Position numbers and translations under genes: made by a program. The notes below the pieces were generated by a model. That model was not told where the DNA came from. It worked only from the letters and a program-made list of their open reading frames with translations, and did no database searches. Below are positions 51,520 through 64,000 of a DNA stretch of 64,000 nucleotides, one piece after another. The stretch covers positions 13,888,001 through 13,952,000 of the forward strand of contig CP075496.1 of the NCBI GenBank assembly GCA_021613535.1. Direction: 5' to 3'. Origin of the DNA: Adineta vaga (Eukaryota; Animalia; Rotifera). Each line of letters starts with the position of its first letter. The first letter of the stretch is position 1.

Positions 51520-52998
51520 TTATAAACGAAACAATTGATCAATATTATCAAAGACATGTTTTAAAGAATCTTTATTATGCATAAAATATCCTTGTAATTG
51601 TGCAGCACTTAAACATTTTGAATAATTTTCAGTTAAAGCTTCGATTTGTTTACTAAATCGATTGATTTCATCAGTTGTCGATTGAGGATAGAAACGAATT
51701 AACATTTGTTCAACTTGATATTGTGTTAATGGACCAATATATTGTTTACAATCAACTCGACCAGGACGAATCAATGCGGGATCAAGACTTTCAAAACAAA
51801 GGAAATTCGATTTATCGAAAACATATTTCAAATCTTACCGTTCAATAAAATTTGTTGTCATAAAGATAATTCGACCTTCTGTTGATATAACACCATCGAG
51901 TGCATTTAATAATCCACTTAAAGTTAATGGTTTCATACCTTGATATCGAATAGAATCTATTTAATAATAATGAAATACTAGAGAAACGATGTTTTTTTTA
52001 AAATGAAATCTTTACCTTCTTTTTCATAATGTCTTCCAACAGTTGCGGCATCAATATCTTCTAAGAGAATAATACTTTCTTCAGGAACATTACTTAATAA
52101 TTGTTGAAGACGATCATCAGTCATTGTACCTTGACTTAAATTAAGTGTACTTATACTTAAATCAAAATGTCCTAAAGATAAAAGACGAATTGAATGAAAA
52201 GATTTCGATGAATAGAAAAACCTGCAAGTGCCATAATTGCTGATGTTTTTCCTGAACCTGGTGGTCCGTAAAGAAGATAACCACGTCGATAAGGTATTCC
52301 TCGATCAATATACCAATGTGGATTGGAAAGGAATTGATCAACATCATTAATTAAACTTTGAAGAATTCCTTTATCAAGTATAACAGAATTCAATGGTCGT
52401 TTTCGTCTTGGATGACCAAATAAACGCCATTCATTAACTAAAATCGATTGAATGATTAAAAAGAAAACCTTGAATTCAATTTACTTGTTGGACTATAAAC
52501 AAGTGTTTTGCCTTCATTTGCTAATAGAGCAGCATCACGTGCTTTTTCTAAAATATCAATATAGATTTGTCGATCTTGCCCAAATGCTGTTAATTGTACA
52601 GATTCAAATGGTACACCGGAATTAATCATTTGTTCACGTGTACGTTCAACTTTTATGAATTTTCCTTTATAACGAAAATAATGTGTGCCAACCGATGGAA
52701 CAAATGTATAGGATGCTTGAATACGCGATGCTGGATCATCATTTTTAACTAATGTTGTTCGAGCACTTAAATGACGACTTGAATGACGTAATTGATGAGA
52801 AATCCATTGTAATAACCATGTATAACTTATATCATTATTCGGTACTTCAAGTGTAATCATATATTGACGACGGAAAAAGATTAAACCATATTGAGATGAA
52901 CGACGAAGAACAGCTAAAGCTGTACCAATACCAAGCAGACCAGCACCAGCACCAAAATATGGATTTGATGAAAGGGATGTCAATAAATCTGATAACAT
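51520..52998 (-). CDS. BCS1L: Mitochondrial chaperone BCS1 (AAA+ ATPase)
   Basis: [17 protein letters not shown]; [12 protein letters not shown]; [25 protein letters not shown] (Walker A); ILLEDID (Walker B); [11 protein letters not shown]; [12 protein letters not shown]. Confidence 0.97.
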
Positions 52999-53257
52999 TT
53001 ACTATCAGAAGTAAAACGGTTTCATCAGAAAATGAGATATTCCATCGATTGATTTCATTGAAGGAAAAATTCACCAATAGAATTTCATAGGACAGTTTTT
53101 TTTTATTTAGTTATGAAAACAAGAAATTATTATCATCAAAACAAAATTCTTTATTCCTTTTTAAATGGATTAAAACGTGAGAAAAATGTGGCTAATTTTG
53201 ATCTAAAACAGAAAGATTAGTAATTATTTCTTTTGAATAACCATTTTTTTTGTGTAT

Positions 53258-55459
53258 TTACTGTGTATTCACGTTTTTTGAATTGTTTTTAGTCGTTTTC
53301 GTATTTGTATTATCTTTAGAAAGAACACATACATTGACATATAAGCAAATAATGAAATGTATTTACTTGATGGTTTTCTAGTGGAGTTACGTGTTTCTGA
53401 ATTCGAGTTTAAAACTATATGAAATCGAAGAAATAGAAAGAAAGAAGAAAATCTTTATTACTGTACATACCTGGAGTTGAAAAGGAACGTTTTTCTAATA
53501 CGACTGATCGATTCTTCGACGAATTCAATGAATTTAATACACAATCATTCTATGAAAAAGATAAGGTTTTAAAAGATGAATCGTTGATAAAATCTATTAC
53601 TTCATGATCATTAAGATCATCGATTGAAAATTCTCGATTACAATGTTTGCACACAATTTCTATAGCATTTTTTTGGCTTTCGATTTGTCTAGAAATGAAT
53701 TTTAAGTTAATAAAATAGTTTTATCATCGATACAAACATTCTCTTTTTTTCAATTCGATCTTGATCTTGTTTGATACATTTTGTCTAAGCAGAAAACGAA
53801 TTGTGAGAAGAGATGATCAGGTCAGTATTCTTTGTTTTTTTAAATTACTTGATGTTGTGAAAGTTCGGAACGAAGAAAGAGTTTGTTACATATTTCACAA
53901 GGAAATTGAGTTGGTCTTTGAAAATATTTATAATGAATGAAATAATGAGAATGAAAAAGATTTTACGGAAGATTTTCTATTAGATGAATTGATAATTTTG
54001 GTATGAAATTCGTATTGGTTTTTGGATACGAATTTTGTGATGAACGATTCTTCGATTGGTCGAATGATGATGAATATTGTTTATTTTCTCGATACAATTG
54101 ATTTCTATCTAAATTAGAAGTTTATGATGATATTCCTAAGAGAATTTGTTCGTTACTTGAATTCGAAGATGTAATCTTTTTTCGTCGATTTTTCGGACAA
54201 TTTTCCTAAATAAATCAATGTTTAAAATGAATTATATTTATTTAAATAAGATTCAATACTTGATGAATCGTCAATTGATCAATTCGAAATTGTTCATAAC
54301 AAAATTCACATGGACCAAAATCATCAATATCTGTTCTACATTGATAAATTCGATTTATTTATCTTTTTTCTCCTTTAGAAATCAACGAACTCAGATAATA
54401 TGAATGTCTGCTGGAATCTTCTATTTCAAAATTTTGATTTTGTTCGTTCTTAAAATTCAATATCTTTTCTGATTGTTCGAAAATATTCCGATCATATTCA
54501 TCCGAACTCGACATTCTTCAAAATTAAAATAAAAACATTATCAATAAATAAACTTGACTTTGTTTTTACTTTGTAATTGATAATCCTTCATTTCTTTGAA
54601 TCTCTTTTAATCGTGAACATATCATCTTAAAATCAGGTCGATCTGTTGGTTCATTCTTCCAACATTCTAACATCAATGTCCAAAGCTTCGTATTACATTC
54701 GTCTGGTCGTGATAATAATTCTCCGTTTAATTTTCGTTGACCAACATCATTATCATCCGAGATCGATCCATAAGGAATCTTATATCCCGATGAACATGCT
54801 TCCCACATCAAAACAGCAAACGAATAAACATCTGATTTTTGTGAATAACCTGTTCGACCATGATTACGAATGATTTCTGGTGCTGCATAACGAATAGGAT
54901 AAATGATATCAGTTATTGATAAATTCGATAAATTTTGTGCTAAACCAAAATCAATTAATTTAACTAAATTCTTTTTCGGATCTTCCGGATGAGATTTGAT
55001 AACTAAAACATTTCGACATGCAAGATCACCATGAATAATGTTTTGCTGTGAAAGATACACCATTGCATTGGATATTTGAATAAATATTTCCAAAAGAACA
55101 GATTGATTTGGAATAAAAAATCGTTCTTGTAGAAGTTTACAGAGATCACCTGCTTCTGCATATTCTTGTAAAAGTAAAACAGATTCAGTATCGAATATTT
55201 GTTTACCATTTGGATTAACAAGACCATAAGTTTTAATAATATTTGGATGATCAAGTGTAATATAAAGTAAAACTTCATTAGTCGCATTTTGACCTTTCAT
55301 TTCTACAACAACAATAGGTGATGTATCGCCATTTAACCATTTGGCTTTACGAACAATTTTATCGAATCCTCCAATTAATTTTTCACCTATTTCGATATTA
55401 ACATCCTGTTCATATCCATATTGTTGTCGTAATGTTTTTAAAGAGGGTAGATCATCCAT
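53258..55459 (-). CDS. Atypical tyrosine-kinase-like protein kinase domain followed by three C2HC zinc fingers (spliced model)
   Basis: Kinase ORF 54566-55459 (HGDLACRNVL, DFG, YPIRYAAPE, SDVYSF, MLECW..RPDF). A 54-nt GT-AG intron 54516-54569 joins it in frame to MSSSDEY... Downstream exons encode PCEFCYEQFRIDQLTIHQ|ENC, FPCEICNKLFLRSELSQHQ|TKC and IVCKHCNREFSIDDLNDHE|NDC. Final stop position is approximate. Confidence 0.7.
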
Positions 55460-55672
55460 TTTTCATATAGTAAAATTCATTAGTAAAATAATTTCAAGTA
55501 AAAGTTCTTCGAATTTAAAAAACAACAAAAACATCTACTCTGTTATTTAAGATAACATTCTTACAGTCCACGTGAGATGCAAAGAATTGGTGGATGTTTT
55601 TTTTTCAACATATATTTTACTTTTTTTCTCTTCCTCGGCCATTTCTTATCGAATTGTAATCGTAAATCTTAT

Positions 55673-55791
55673 GCTTACGGCCATACCACGTTGAATACAC
55701 CAGTTCTCGTCCGATCACTGAAGTTAAGCAACGTCGGGCTCGGTTAGTACTTGGATGGGTGACCGCCTGGGAATACCGAGTGTCGTAAGCT
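55673..55791 (+). rRNA. 5S ribosomal RNA gene (single copy in window)
   Basis: GCTTACGGCCATACCACGTTGAATACACCAGTTCTCGTCCGATCACTGAAGTTAAGCAACGTCGGGCTCGGTTAGTACTTGGATGGGTGACCGCCTGGGAATACCGAGTGTCGTAAGCT: ~119 nt, terminal stem GCTTACG/CGTAAGC, typical metazoan box A/box C region. Confidence 0.98.
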
Positions 55792-55795
55792 TTTT
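55791..55795 (+). terminator. RNA polymerase III oligo-T terminator of 5S rRNA
   Basis: TTTTT at the 5S 3' end. Confidence 0.85.
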
Positions 55796-56372
55796 ATTGT
55801 TCTTATCAATATGAAAAATTTTTCACTACAAATAATTTTCAATTTTATTTCATCGTTTTTAATTTGTTTTCTTCTTTTTTCTTGCCAAAAACAAAATGCA
55901 ATAGACACAAATAAACAAACATACATTCATATATGTATATATATATATATCCATATACTGTTCAAAACAAACAAAAAAAAAACAAACGTTTTTCTTCGGA
56001 TGATAAATCATAAACAAGTTACGAACGGTAACAATAGAGCAACACACACCACAGCAAGAATGAACCAGAAAAAAACGAAAAGAAAAATGTCCGCGCAAAT
56101 TGCTGACATCATTTGGTTGATATTGAAACGAATAACAGAGGGAAAGAGAGAAAGAGAACAGAAAAATCTTTCAAGCCCATATTTATAGATACAATGTTGA
56201 TAAAGGAAAAGTCAAAACAAAAGAAGTTGAAGAAATTACAAAGTATGATGTTACTGTTCAATAAAGAATGACAAGAACAAGAACAACGAAAAATACCTGA
56301 GCAATTTGTATGTATGTGTGATTTGTTTTCTTTCGAAAGAAATAAAAATAGAATGGCACACATAATTTCCAC

Positions 56373-59300
56373 CTAGTAGTGATCATCAATGGTTAATTTT
56401 GTATCTTCAACATCGATATCTTCATCATCTTCTCGTTCGGTCGATGTTGAAGTTTGAGGATCTGTTTCAATTATCATTTCTTCATCATCATTAACTTCTT
56501 GTTTAATTTGTTGTTCATCAATGATTTCTTCTTCTTCGACTTGTTCATCATCTTCCTCTCGTTCAGCTTGTGCTTTTTGATTTAATGTATCAACGATATC
56601 ATCTAAACAAGCTTTTTTATGTGGACTGGATTTTTTCGATAATGATCCATCGTTGTCTAATGTGGAAATTTGTTGTTCAGCTGCTAATAAACGTCGTTTA
56701 CGATCAAAATATTTCGGTTGTTCAATAGTTGTTTCATGTGCAATTAATGATGATGTACTATGAGATGATACATTAGAATCCATATCATCTGAATCTCCGA
56801 CAATACTATCGTGTTGAGGATTATTATCATTGGATGAAAATTTACTTCGACGACTACTTGTACTTGCATTTGATGAAATTTGATTCGTTTCAAGTTTCGA
56901 TAAACGTTCACGAAGTATTTCATTTTCACGCTGAAATAGAAAGAATTACAATAGATTGATGCATATTGATCTTTTCAAAATACGTACGCGTAAACGAACG
57001 AGGTCTTGATCACCGTTTGTTGATGTCGTTCGAGATGATTGAGTAAATGTGTGTATTTGTAATTGAGATATGTAAGTTATTAATTGTTGACGAGCGCGAG
57101 GAGAGGAAACAGTAGATTCAACAATTTGTCGAATGCCGTCACTTGTAAAATCTATTCAAAAGAACGGTTAGTATAAAACAAAAAAGGTCATTATGTTCTT
57201 CTGTTGGAAAAAGTAGACAAAAACATGTTTTTTCCGCTCAAACATCAATAACGATTAGTATTCTGTATCGGATATGGGCGGAAAAATGAGTTCGAACCGG
57301 TTTCTTTTTTCTTACCATTGAAATTTGTTATCGATGGATTTGTTGGTTCATCTGTTGGTCCTGGAGAATCGGATTGAACAACACGCAATGGTGAAGGTCG
57401 AGCACAACTAAATAAAAAAGAAGAAAAGCAGATGAAAATATATGAAATGAAGAAAATATAAACCTGTTCGATGTTGATGTTTCAATTGGTAATGCTAAGG
57501 GCAATGGTGCAGGTACTAATGAAGGTCTTGGTAAACATGTTCCAAATGAATAATCTCCGTAAGGATTATCTCGTTTCATTTGATTGTATGAATAAGACCA
57601 TGCAGCATCTGTTGATGAGGATGGATTTAATTTCGTTCGTTTTTCATTTGATATTAAAGAATCCTTTAAAACAAAAAAGAACAAATGAAAATTTTTCCAA
57701 TCGAAAGAAAAATAATTCTTACTGATGATTGTGTAAAACGTTTCTTTTGATGTTGATGATTATTATTTGTATTTGTATGAAGAAATCTTTCTTTAAATAA
57801 TTCAAATTCTTCTCGTCCTTTCAAATCTTCAGTCGAACGAATTTTTAAATATGAACGCCAATTATCCGAATTAAATCCCCAATGACAAATACGATTCTCT
57901 TCCGATTTATGTCCATGTGAGACGAATGTTTTCGGAGAAAACAAAGCTTGACAACTATCACATTGAATACATTCAGCTTGTGCTGCGATGTATAAGGTTG
58001 GATATAATGTTCCCGAGCATTTACCAAAACATTTATGTTGAACTTTAATTGAATATAAACGTTCATATGGATTTGTTGTTGTTGAATTAACTGTATGTAA
58101 TTGTCCTTTATAATGTAATTGCAAAAGACTTGCGCATAAACGTTCTGCATCTGTTTGAGTAATTAAACCACACGATGGCGCATTTAATGGTAGAACTTGT
58201 GTCTTTTTAAGTATATCTAATTGTTCATTTGTACAACGTGAACAATAAATATGTAAACGTTCACATGCGGCATTGATTTCTTGTAAGCAAAAATCTTTCA
58301 AAACGGTATTCAAAATTTCCGGTAAACATAAACGTTTTTCACCGCCAACAACAAAACATGTAATTCTTTCACCTAGATCAAAAGAACAACAAAATATAAC
58401 AATCTACTCAAATGAAGAAAAAAAACTAGGGCAAAAACCTGTTCGAATTACATTCATATCATTACTTACAAGAAACATGATTCAACTGTCTCATTTTTTC
58501 CTTTCAGATAATTCTTTGCAAGTAGACGAAAGCTTCGACGTAAATGCTACGCTTCAATAGTTCAGCATGTCTATCTTGTTTTTTTCTTTCGTATTAAGCT
58601 TCTTTTTTTTCTCGCAAGGTAATGAGATGTGTTTAGTCAATTCTAATTATAAGGAAGAAAAAAGAAAGATTTTCTGATGTTTAATAGAATATTTTATTTC
58701 CTTTCTGATGGCGAAGCTAGAAAAAGAAAGTGTGTTAATAAAATAAAATGCCCTTAAAATAATTTGAAAATAAAACATTTTTAATAGAAATTAAAGTACT
58801 CAATTCGTCACGTTTATTTTTTTTTAACTTTGAAAGAAAAAATGATGAGAATCTTTATACAGACAAAGGAAATATTATATTTACTTAAGTCAACCGTGAA
58901 CTGAAATGATTCAATTGTGTCTTTTCTTTCGAATAACAAAGGTATTTTTGAGTAAATGTCTATGAGATATGTTCTTATTCTTTATCATATTATCGAAGAG
59001 AGAAAAAGAAAAGATTTCGATTGATTTGATGGCAACTGTTTTGTTTACTACGTTGTTCACGTGAAAGTAATTCGAGATACCTATCAATCAAGCGAGTAAA
59101 ATTTGATCGCTAGTCTCATATAATCGTTTATTTAGAGTTATTCGATGTCCTTCGATCAAGATAGAAATGTTTAATCTTCGATCTTGTCGTTGAAAATCAA
59201 TATTTGCAAAGAATTGATATTCGGAGGAGGATAAAAAATATCAATTCTCATACCTGATGATAATGTTGTTTCACATTTCGAACCTGCTGTTACAGATGAT

Positions 59301-59758
59301 GATGTCGTTGATGATGATGATGATGTGTCAGCTTGTATGCAGGGTGGACCCTGTATAACAGAACCTAATGGTGGTTGAAGCCATTGATCAAATGACGATG
59401 TTTCTTTGCTTTGTTGTTGGTTAATCGGTTTTTTTAATGGAGTATTAGTTGGTGAGATAATTTGTTGTTGATCAAGTTTACCATTCGTTAATGTTGAAGA
59501 TGATAATTTTAAATTTGTTGATGAATTTTCTGTATTTAATTTTGATAAACCATTACTAAGATGATGTCGAGGTGATAGAGTAGCTACAGCATTTGGTGGT
59601 GGATGATTGAAATAAAAAGCATGTTGAAGAAATTCTTTTGCACTGGATTGTTGATTAAAATGGTGATGATGACGTGCAAGAAGTTTGAGTAATTGAGGAT
59701 CAAATGATGAAATTGGAGGTGCCACTGAATTTGTTGGAGTCGACGTTGTCGTCGTCAT
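56373..59758 (-). CDS. SKI: SKI/SnoN family transcriptional co-repressor
   Basis: CETTLS|GERITCFVVGGEKRLCLPEILNTVL..SCGLITQTDAERLC (Ski/Sno/Dac domain); HKCFGKC..CIQCDSC..FSPKTFVSHGH..CHWGFNSDNWRSY (SAND-like SMAD4-binding domain); short coiled coil ENEILRERL; acidic tail. Confidence 0.93.
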
Positions 59759-62304
59759 TCGGTTTTGAGAGAAAAAAACTGTGATTGTATAGAGATGGTC
59801 TACAATAAAGAAGTATATGGGAGTAAGAGAGAGAGAGAGAAAACTCGACGAAATGAAGACTATGAGCAAATATGTCTCTTTCGGAGCGACGACGACGACT
59901 GCCCCCTAAGTTGTATAAGAGAGAGAGAGATGGAGAGTGACGGTCCGGGCAATACACGTAATCCTCTATTCTCTCTTTTTCTTTTCTCTTCTTTTTCTCC
60001 GTCGGTCGGTCGCTTTCGGATGGTTGAACTTATGTATGTGCATGTATGTTCAATAAGAGAGGCGACGACTGGCGAGGCGAAGAAAGGGCCGAATACAATA
60101 TTAGTAACATTCGCCAACACAGAAAAATAGACGAGAAGGGAAAGAAGCAATGAGCGCGAGAGGTGAAGGTTGAACAAGCGAGAGCGGGCAAATAGTAGCG
60201 AAAGAGGGTGGTCGTTTCATAACAACATATATACATATAGATGTATATATATATATATATGCATCATACTGGACAAACAGAAATAGAAACATGTCGTGCC
60301 AAACTACGTAATTCTTTTACATAAAATAGCATCAAGTTAGTCAAATAATATACTGTTGATTTTGTTATCAGTCTAACGGCAAAGAAAAAAAACAAGAAAA
60401 TAAACTCATTTTTTCATCGTATTATTGAAAGAGAGAAATGTCAGATCGAGGGGCTTTACAATCAAAGATAAGTACATAAAGAATATGTGTTCGTTTGTTC
60501 TTAGAAGAAAAACAAGAACCGATCTATGTGTATAGTCGAACAAATGACGAGACACATTGATGTCTGAGAACCATCTAATGACGATATGTTTTGTCTCATA
60601 TTTTTCCTCTTAGCTAGAAACAGAACTGCAAGAACATACTTTGTTCTTTTCTTATGTCACGCAAAACTCAAAGTAGATGAGAGAAAAAGAGAGAAAAAAA
60701 GGGAGAAGCTAAGGATCGACGATTGTAGAGTAGAAAGAAAGAAAAGGAAAACGAGACGCAAAAAAATGGGGGGTTGTTGGCTGTCGAACTGCTTACTTTT
60801 ATGGTTTTATATACTGAGACGTAAAGAAAAAACATTGATAATGAGAAAAATGCAATCTGTCTCGTTTTTTTCTTCGTCTTCTATGTTATTCGGTTTTATT
60901 AACAGATCTGAAAAGACGAGAACGAAGAAGAAAAATAAGATTAAATGCACTTTACCATGTCTACTGCGTGTGTTATGATGATGATGTCTATCGTCTAGTC
61001 AACAAAAACGTCATTATCGGGCGTTGTTGTTTTTCTGTTGTGCCTAGTTCTATTATCAACCAAATACGAGACATTTTTTTATTCTTAATGGAGCGAGAAA
61101 ACTATCTGATAGATGACGAACAAATTTCGAGATAAAATTCATGAAAATAATTCGAATCTAATGTTTGTTGTTTTTCTTTTACCTATACAAAATTTTATAA
61201 TATCAAAAACAACATGTACTGATTTTCAATTGGTTCAAATGAATAATCCAATGAGAATGAGAACGACATTTTTTAATAACATGATTCAATTGTACTTCAT
61301 CTCTATATAATCTCGTGCTTTTTCTCACTTAGGTCATCAAGTCATTTTGATTGATAAGAAGATTAAATGAGTAGGTGAAAACTCGAGGAAAAGAAGAAAA
61401 ATGGAATGAACAAAACCTGTCCTTAAATATTATGACGTCAATCAAATAGATAAACATCAAGGACAAAATGAAAAAAACTTTTTTTATTATGTATTTACCT
61501 GTCGTAGTCTGAAAAATAATAACATCAAGTGCGTTCTTACTTTCTAACGTTGAAAGAGGAAAAAAACAAATTATTTGTTTCTAAGAGACATATGATCAGG
61601 TTTTTCTTTCGTCTATACTGACGTTATTAACTTAAAGAGACGGCGACGACGACGGCGACATGTTTGAGTCTTCATGGACGCTGTTTGTCACCTATATTTT
61701 CTCTTAACAAGATATGCACCAAGAAAGAACAAAAGCAAATAATATTAATAAGTTTTTTTTTTCTCTTTTTTTTATGAATATTTATTTGAACTAAAATCTT
61801 CTTAAAGAATTTTTAATTTGTTGTTCAAAGAGCATAAAATGTACGTGCGTCATTCATTTAATCATACCAATATTCGTCTTTTATTTGACTGACTAATGCA
61901 TTCATCGGATAATATCTTATACGATTCAACGAGAAAATGCATTTATATTTTAAGTAAATAAGTGAGGGATGACTGACTGTGACCTGCACTTTTTTATTTA
62001 AAAAAAAGTACTTTGAATAACAAGAATGTGTTTTACTAGAGGATATTTCATGTGAATAATCATGTTTTTATTTTGATAATTAATAGAATAAAAAAAAGAA
62101 GAATTTGATGATTGTGTTTGGCTAATTTACTGAAGAGAAATTAGATATGTGCATAAAGTAGAAATGATTCGTGTTAATCGTTTATTAAGGAAGAAATTAT
62201 TGTTCGATAAAATCGTTTTTATAAATGAAAAATTATGAATTGGAAATGAATTTCTAGAAGTAAAAATGATGAGAAAATGAAAAGATTTGGATAATAGTTT
62301 TACT

Positions 62305-63360
62305 TTATCTTTTTTGATGAGTAGATTTTGTCGTTATTTTATCTATTTTATGTTGAGGAGAATAGAAGTCATCATCGGAAGCAGATGAAGAAGTGCTGGT
62401 TTTACATTGTGGGACATTGGGTAGAAGATTATGAGCTGATTTATTTAAATCTGAATTTAATAAAGATTTTCTTCGTTTAATTATCAAAGAAGAAATTACT
62501 TGGAGAAGGATGTTTTCCGTTTATAGGTGAGATTTGTAAAGTGGGATTTGAGGAAGAAGATTTTGATATAGATTTCTCTTTTTCATTAAGTTTGGATCCG
62601 GTTGGAATAGTCGAGATTAATGGACTTTTACCTACACCATGCTGATCAGGAAAAGTATGATCTATATTATCAATTTGAGAAAATATTTTTAGAATTAATG
62701 GAGTTTACCTGGTGATGATGGTTCATGATGAATTGATAAGTCTTTGTTCAGTTTTTGTTGATTTTCTTTCTTTTCGATGTTCGCATTAGATTGACTCAAT
62801 TGTGATTCAGTTGAAGCGGTTGATGATGTCTGAGTTATTGGAGATAAGGGGAATAAATTTTCAATAAAATTTGATTCTGTAAGAAAGTATTTTCGAACGA
62901 TGAAGAGATTCAATTTTGTTTACCTTTTGCAGTAGATGTTGTTTTCTGTGTTACATTGGATTTTATTTGTTTCAATGGAATATCTCGATCAGAATTTTCT
63001 GCGTTATTTTCAAGCGTGTTTTCGGAATCAGCTTGTTTCTTTTTTATATAAACTAGAGCAGCAAGTGCCATAACTGAGAGTAGAGCAAGGAATGGACCAA
63101 TGATCCACCATGGTGAGAAACCATTTTCCGTTGTACTCAATGGTACAGCAGCGTCTGCCATTGTACGTGGAGCAATTATATTAATAACTGGTGGTGAATG
63201 CGAAGCTGGTAAAGGTCGACTTTGTGGTCGATATATTGCATCAGGATGTGTTGGAATTGGTTCGTTTACAAGACCACTAAAGTGTATTTCTTAGATTTAA
63301 GAAGATAAAACTTTAGATCCAAACCTATTTCGTTTGAATCGATATCGAATGGACATGAAC
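62305..63360 (-). CDS. Putative single-pass membrane protein with Ser/Thr/Lys-rich cytoplasmic tail; 5' exons not resolved
   Basis: Hydrophobic stretch PWWIIGPFLALLSVMALAALVYI followed by KKK stop-transfer; Pro-rich stalk upstream; GT-AG bounded short exons downstream. Confidence 0.5.
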
Positions 63361-64000
63361 TAAATGTTCAACATACATCAGCACGATGATTTAATTTAAT
63401 AAGTGAAAGTTAATAAAGTAATCTTGATGTGAACTGAACAATAAGTTAAATCAAATCGAGATTAAATTATAGATAATGATATAAGAATCATGAATTCATT
63501 TAAACACAGTTGTTTTTTTAGAAATTATTATGAAAGAAAAAAATATTCGATTTATTATTTTATACCTTTAAACGAATATTTGAAAGGCGCGAACGTTAGT
63601 TATCAAAATAATATTTCATAGCGGGCAGGAATTCGTCTATTAATTTTCAGTTTTGCTTATAATTAGGAAAGGTTTCTCGTAGTTTCCATCGATTTCCAAC
63701 TTATGGATAAGCACAACTGATAGTTACATCGAGCGAAGAATTATTCAATGATTTTTGTTGTTCGTTTATTATAAAATGAATTTCATACAGAATTGAAAAA
63801 GTAATGAATATTCAATAGACGATATATGAAAATGAAAATCATCAAAAATAAACATTCAATAGAATAAAAATACAAAAATGAATAAACAAATCGAATATCA
63901 TCACAGTTCTTAGTTTTATCATACAAAAAAACATCAACGTATAATGAATATTTTCCAGAAGAATAGAGACAAAAGTCTTCAATCATGAACACCTTCTCTT

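Noticed and set aside
54391-54514. Apparent frameshift or non-canonical GA-AG intron in the linker between kinase and zinc fingers
   Set aside because: The frame is open and a canonical GT-AG intron (54331-54390) restores phase, so no anomaly needs to be invoked
55460-55672. Possible spliced-leader RNA gene linked to 5S
   Set aside because: No recognisable SL exon + GT donor + Sm-site arrangement seen in the flanks
1-64000. Prokaryotic systems (CRISPR arrays, operons, IS elements)
   Set aside because: The sequence is intron-rich eukaryotic DNA; no spaced direct-repeat array or transposase ORF was seen

Overview
AT-rich eukaryotic (animal) genomic DNA with very compact GT-AG introns of mostly ~45-65 nt. 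The gene content suggests a bdelloid rotifer; this is inference, not proven. I reconstructed spliced gene models by eye. From left to right: (1) a minus-strand type II membrane M1 aminopeptidase-N gene in which at least three complete, apparently catalytically intact peptidase units are fused in one reading frame, running off the left edge; (2) a large cadherin-repeat/EGF single-pass receptor with a ~870-aa low-complexity tail; (3) an OTUD4/ALG13/Otu-family pseudo-deubiquitinase; (4) an orphan ORF and a 96-bp hAT-type MITE with an 8-bp TSD; (5) a class A GPCR and a nuclear receptor with an atypical P-box; (6) an EF-hand protein with a 4.15-kb first intron; (7) dienelactone hydrolase, F-box protein and dyskerin; (8) an N-acylated globin; (9) a CFAP157 homolog whose first intron is almost completely filled by an antisense ACSS3-like acyl-CoA synthetase gene; (10) a PGAM5-like phosphatase and BCS1; (11) an atypical tyrosine-kinase-like domain spliced to three C2HC zinc fingers; (12) a solitary 5S rRNA gene, SKI/Sno, and a partial single-pass membrane protein. 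The most notable items are the concatenated multi-unit aminopeptidase and the extremely tight nested CFAP157/ACSS3 arrangement.
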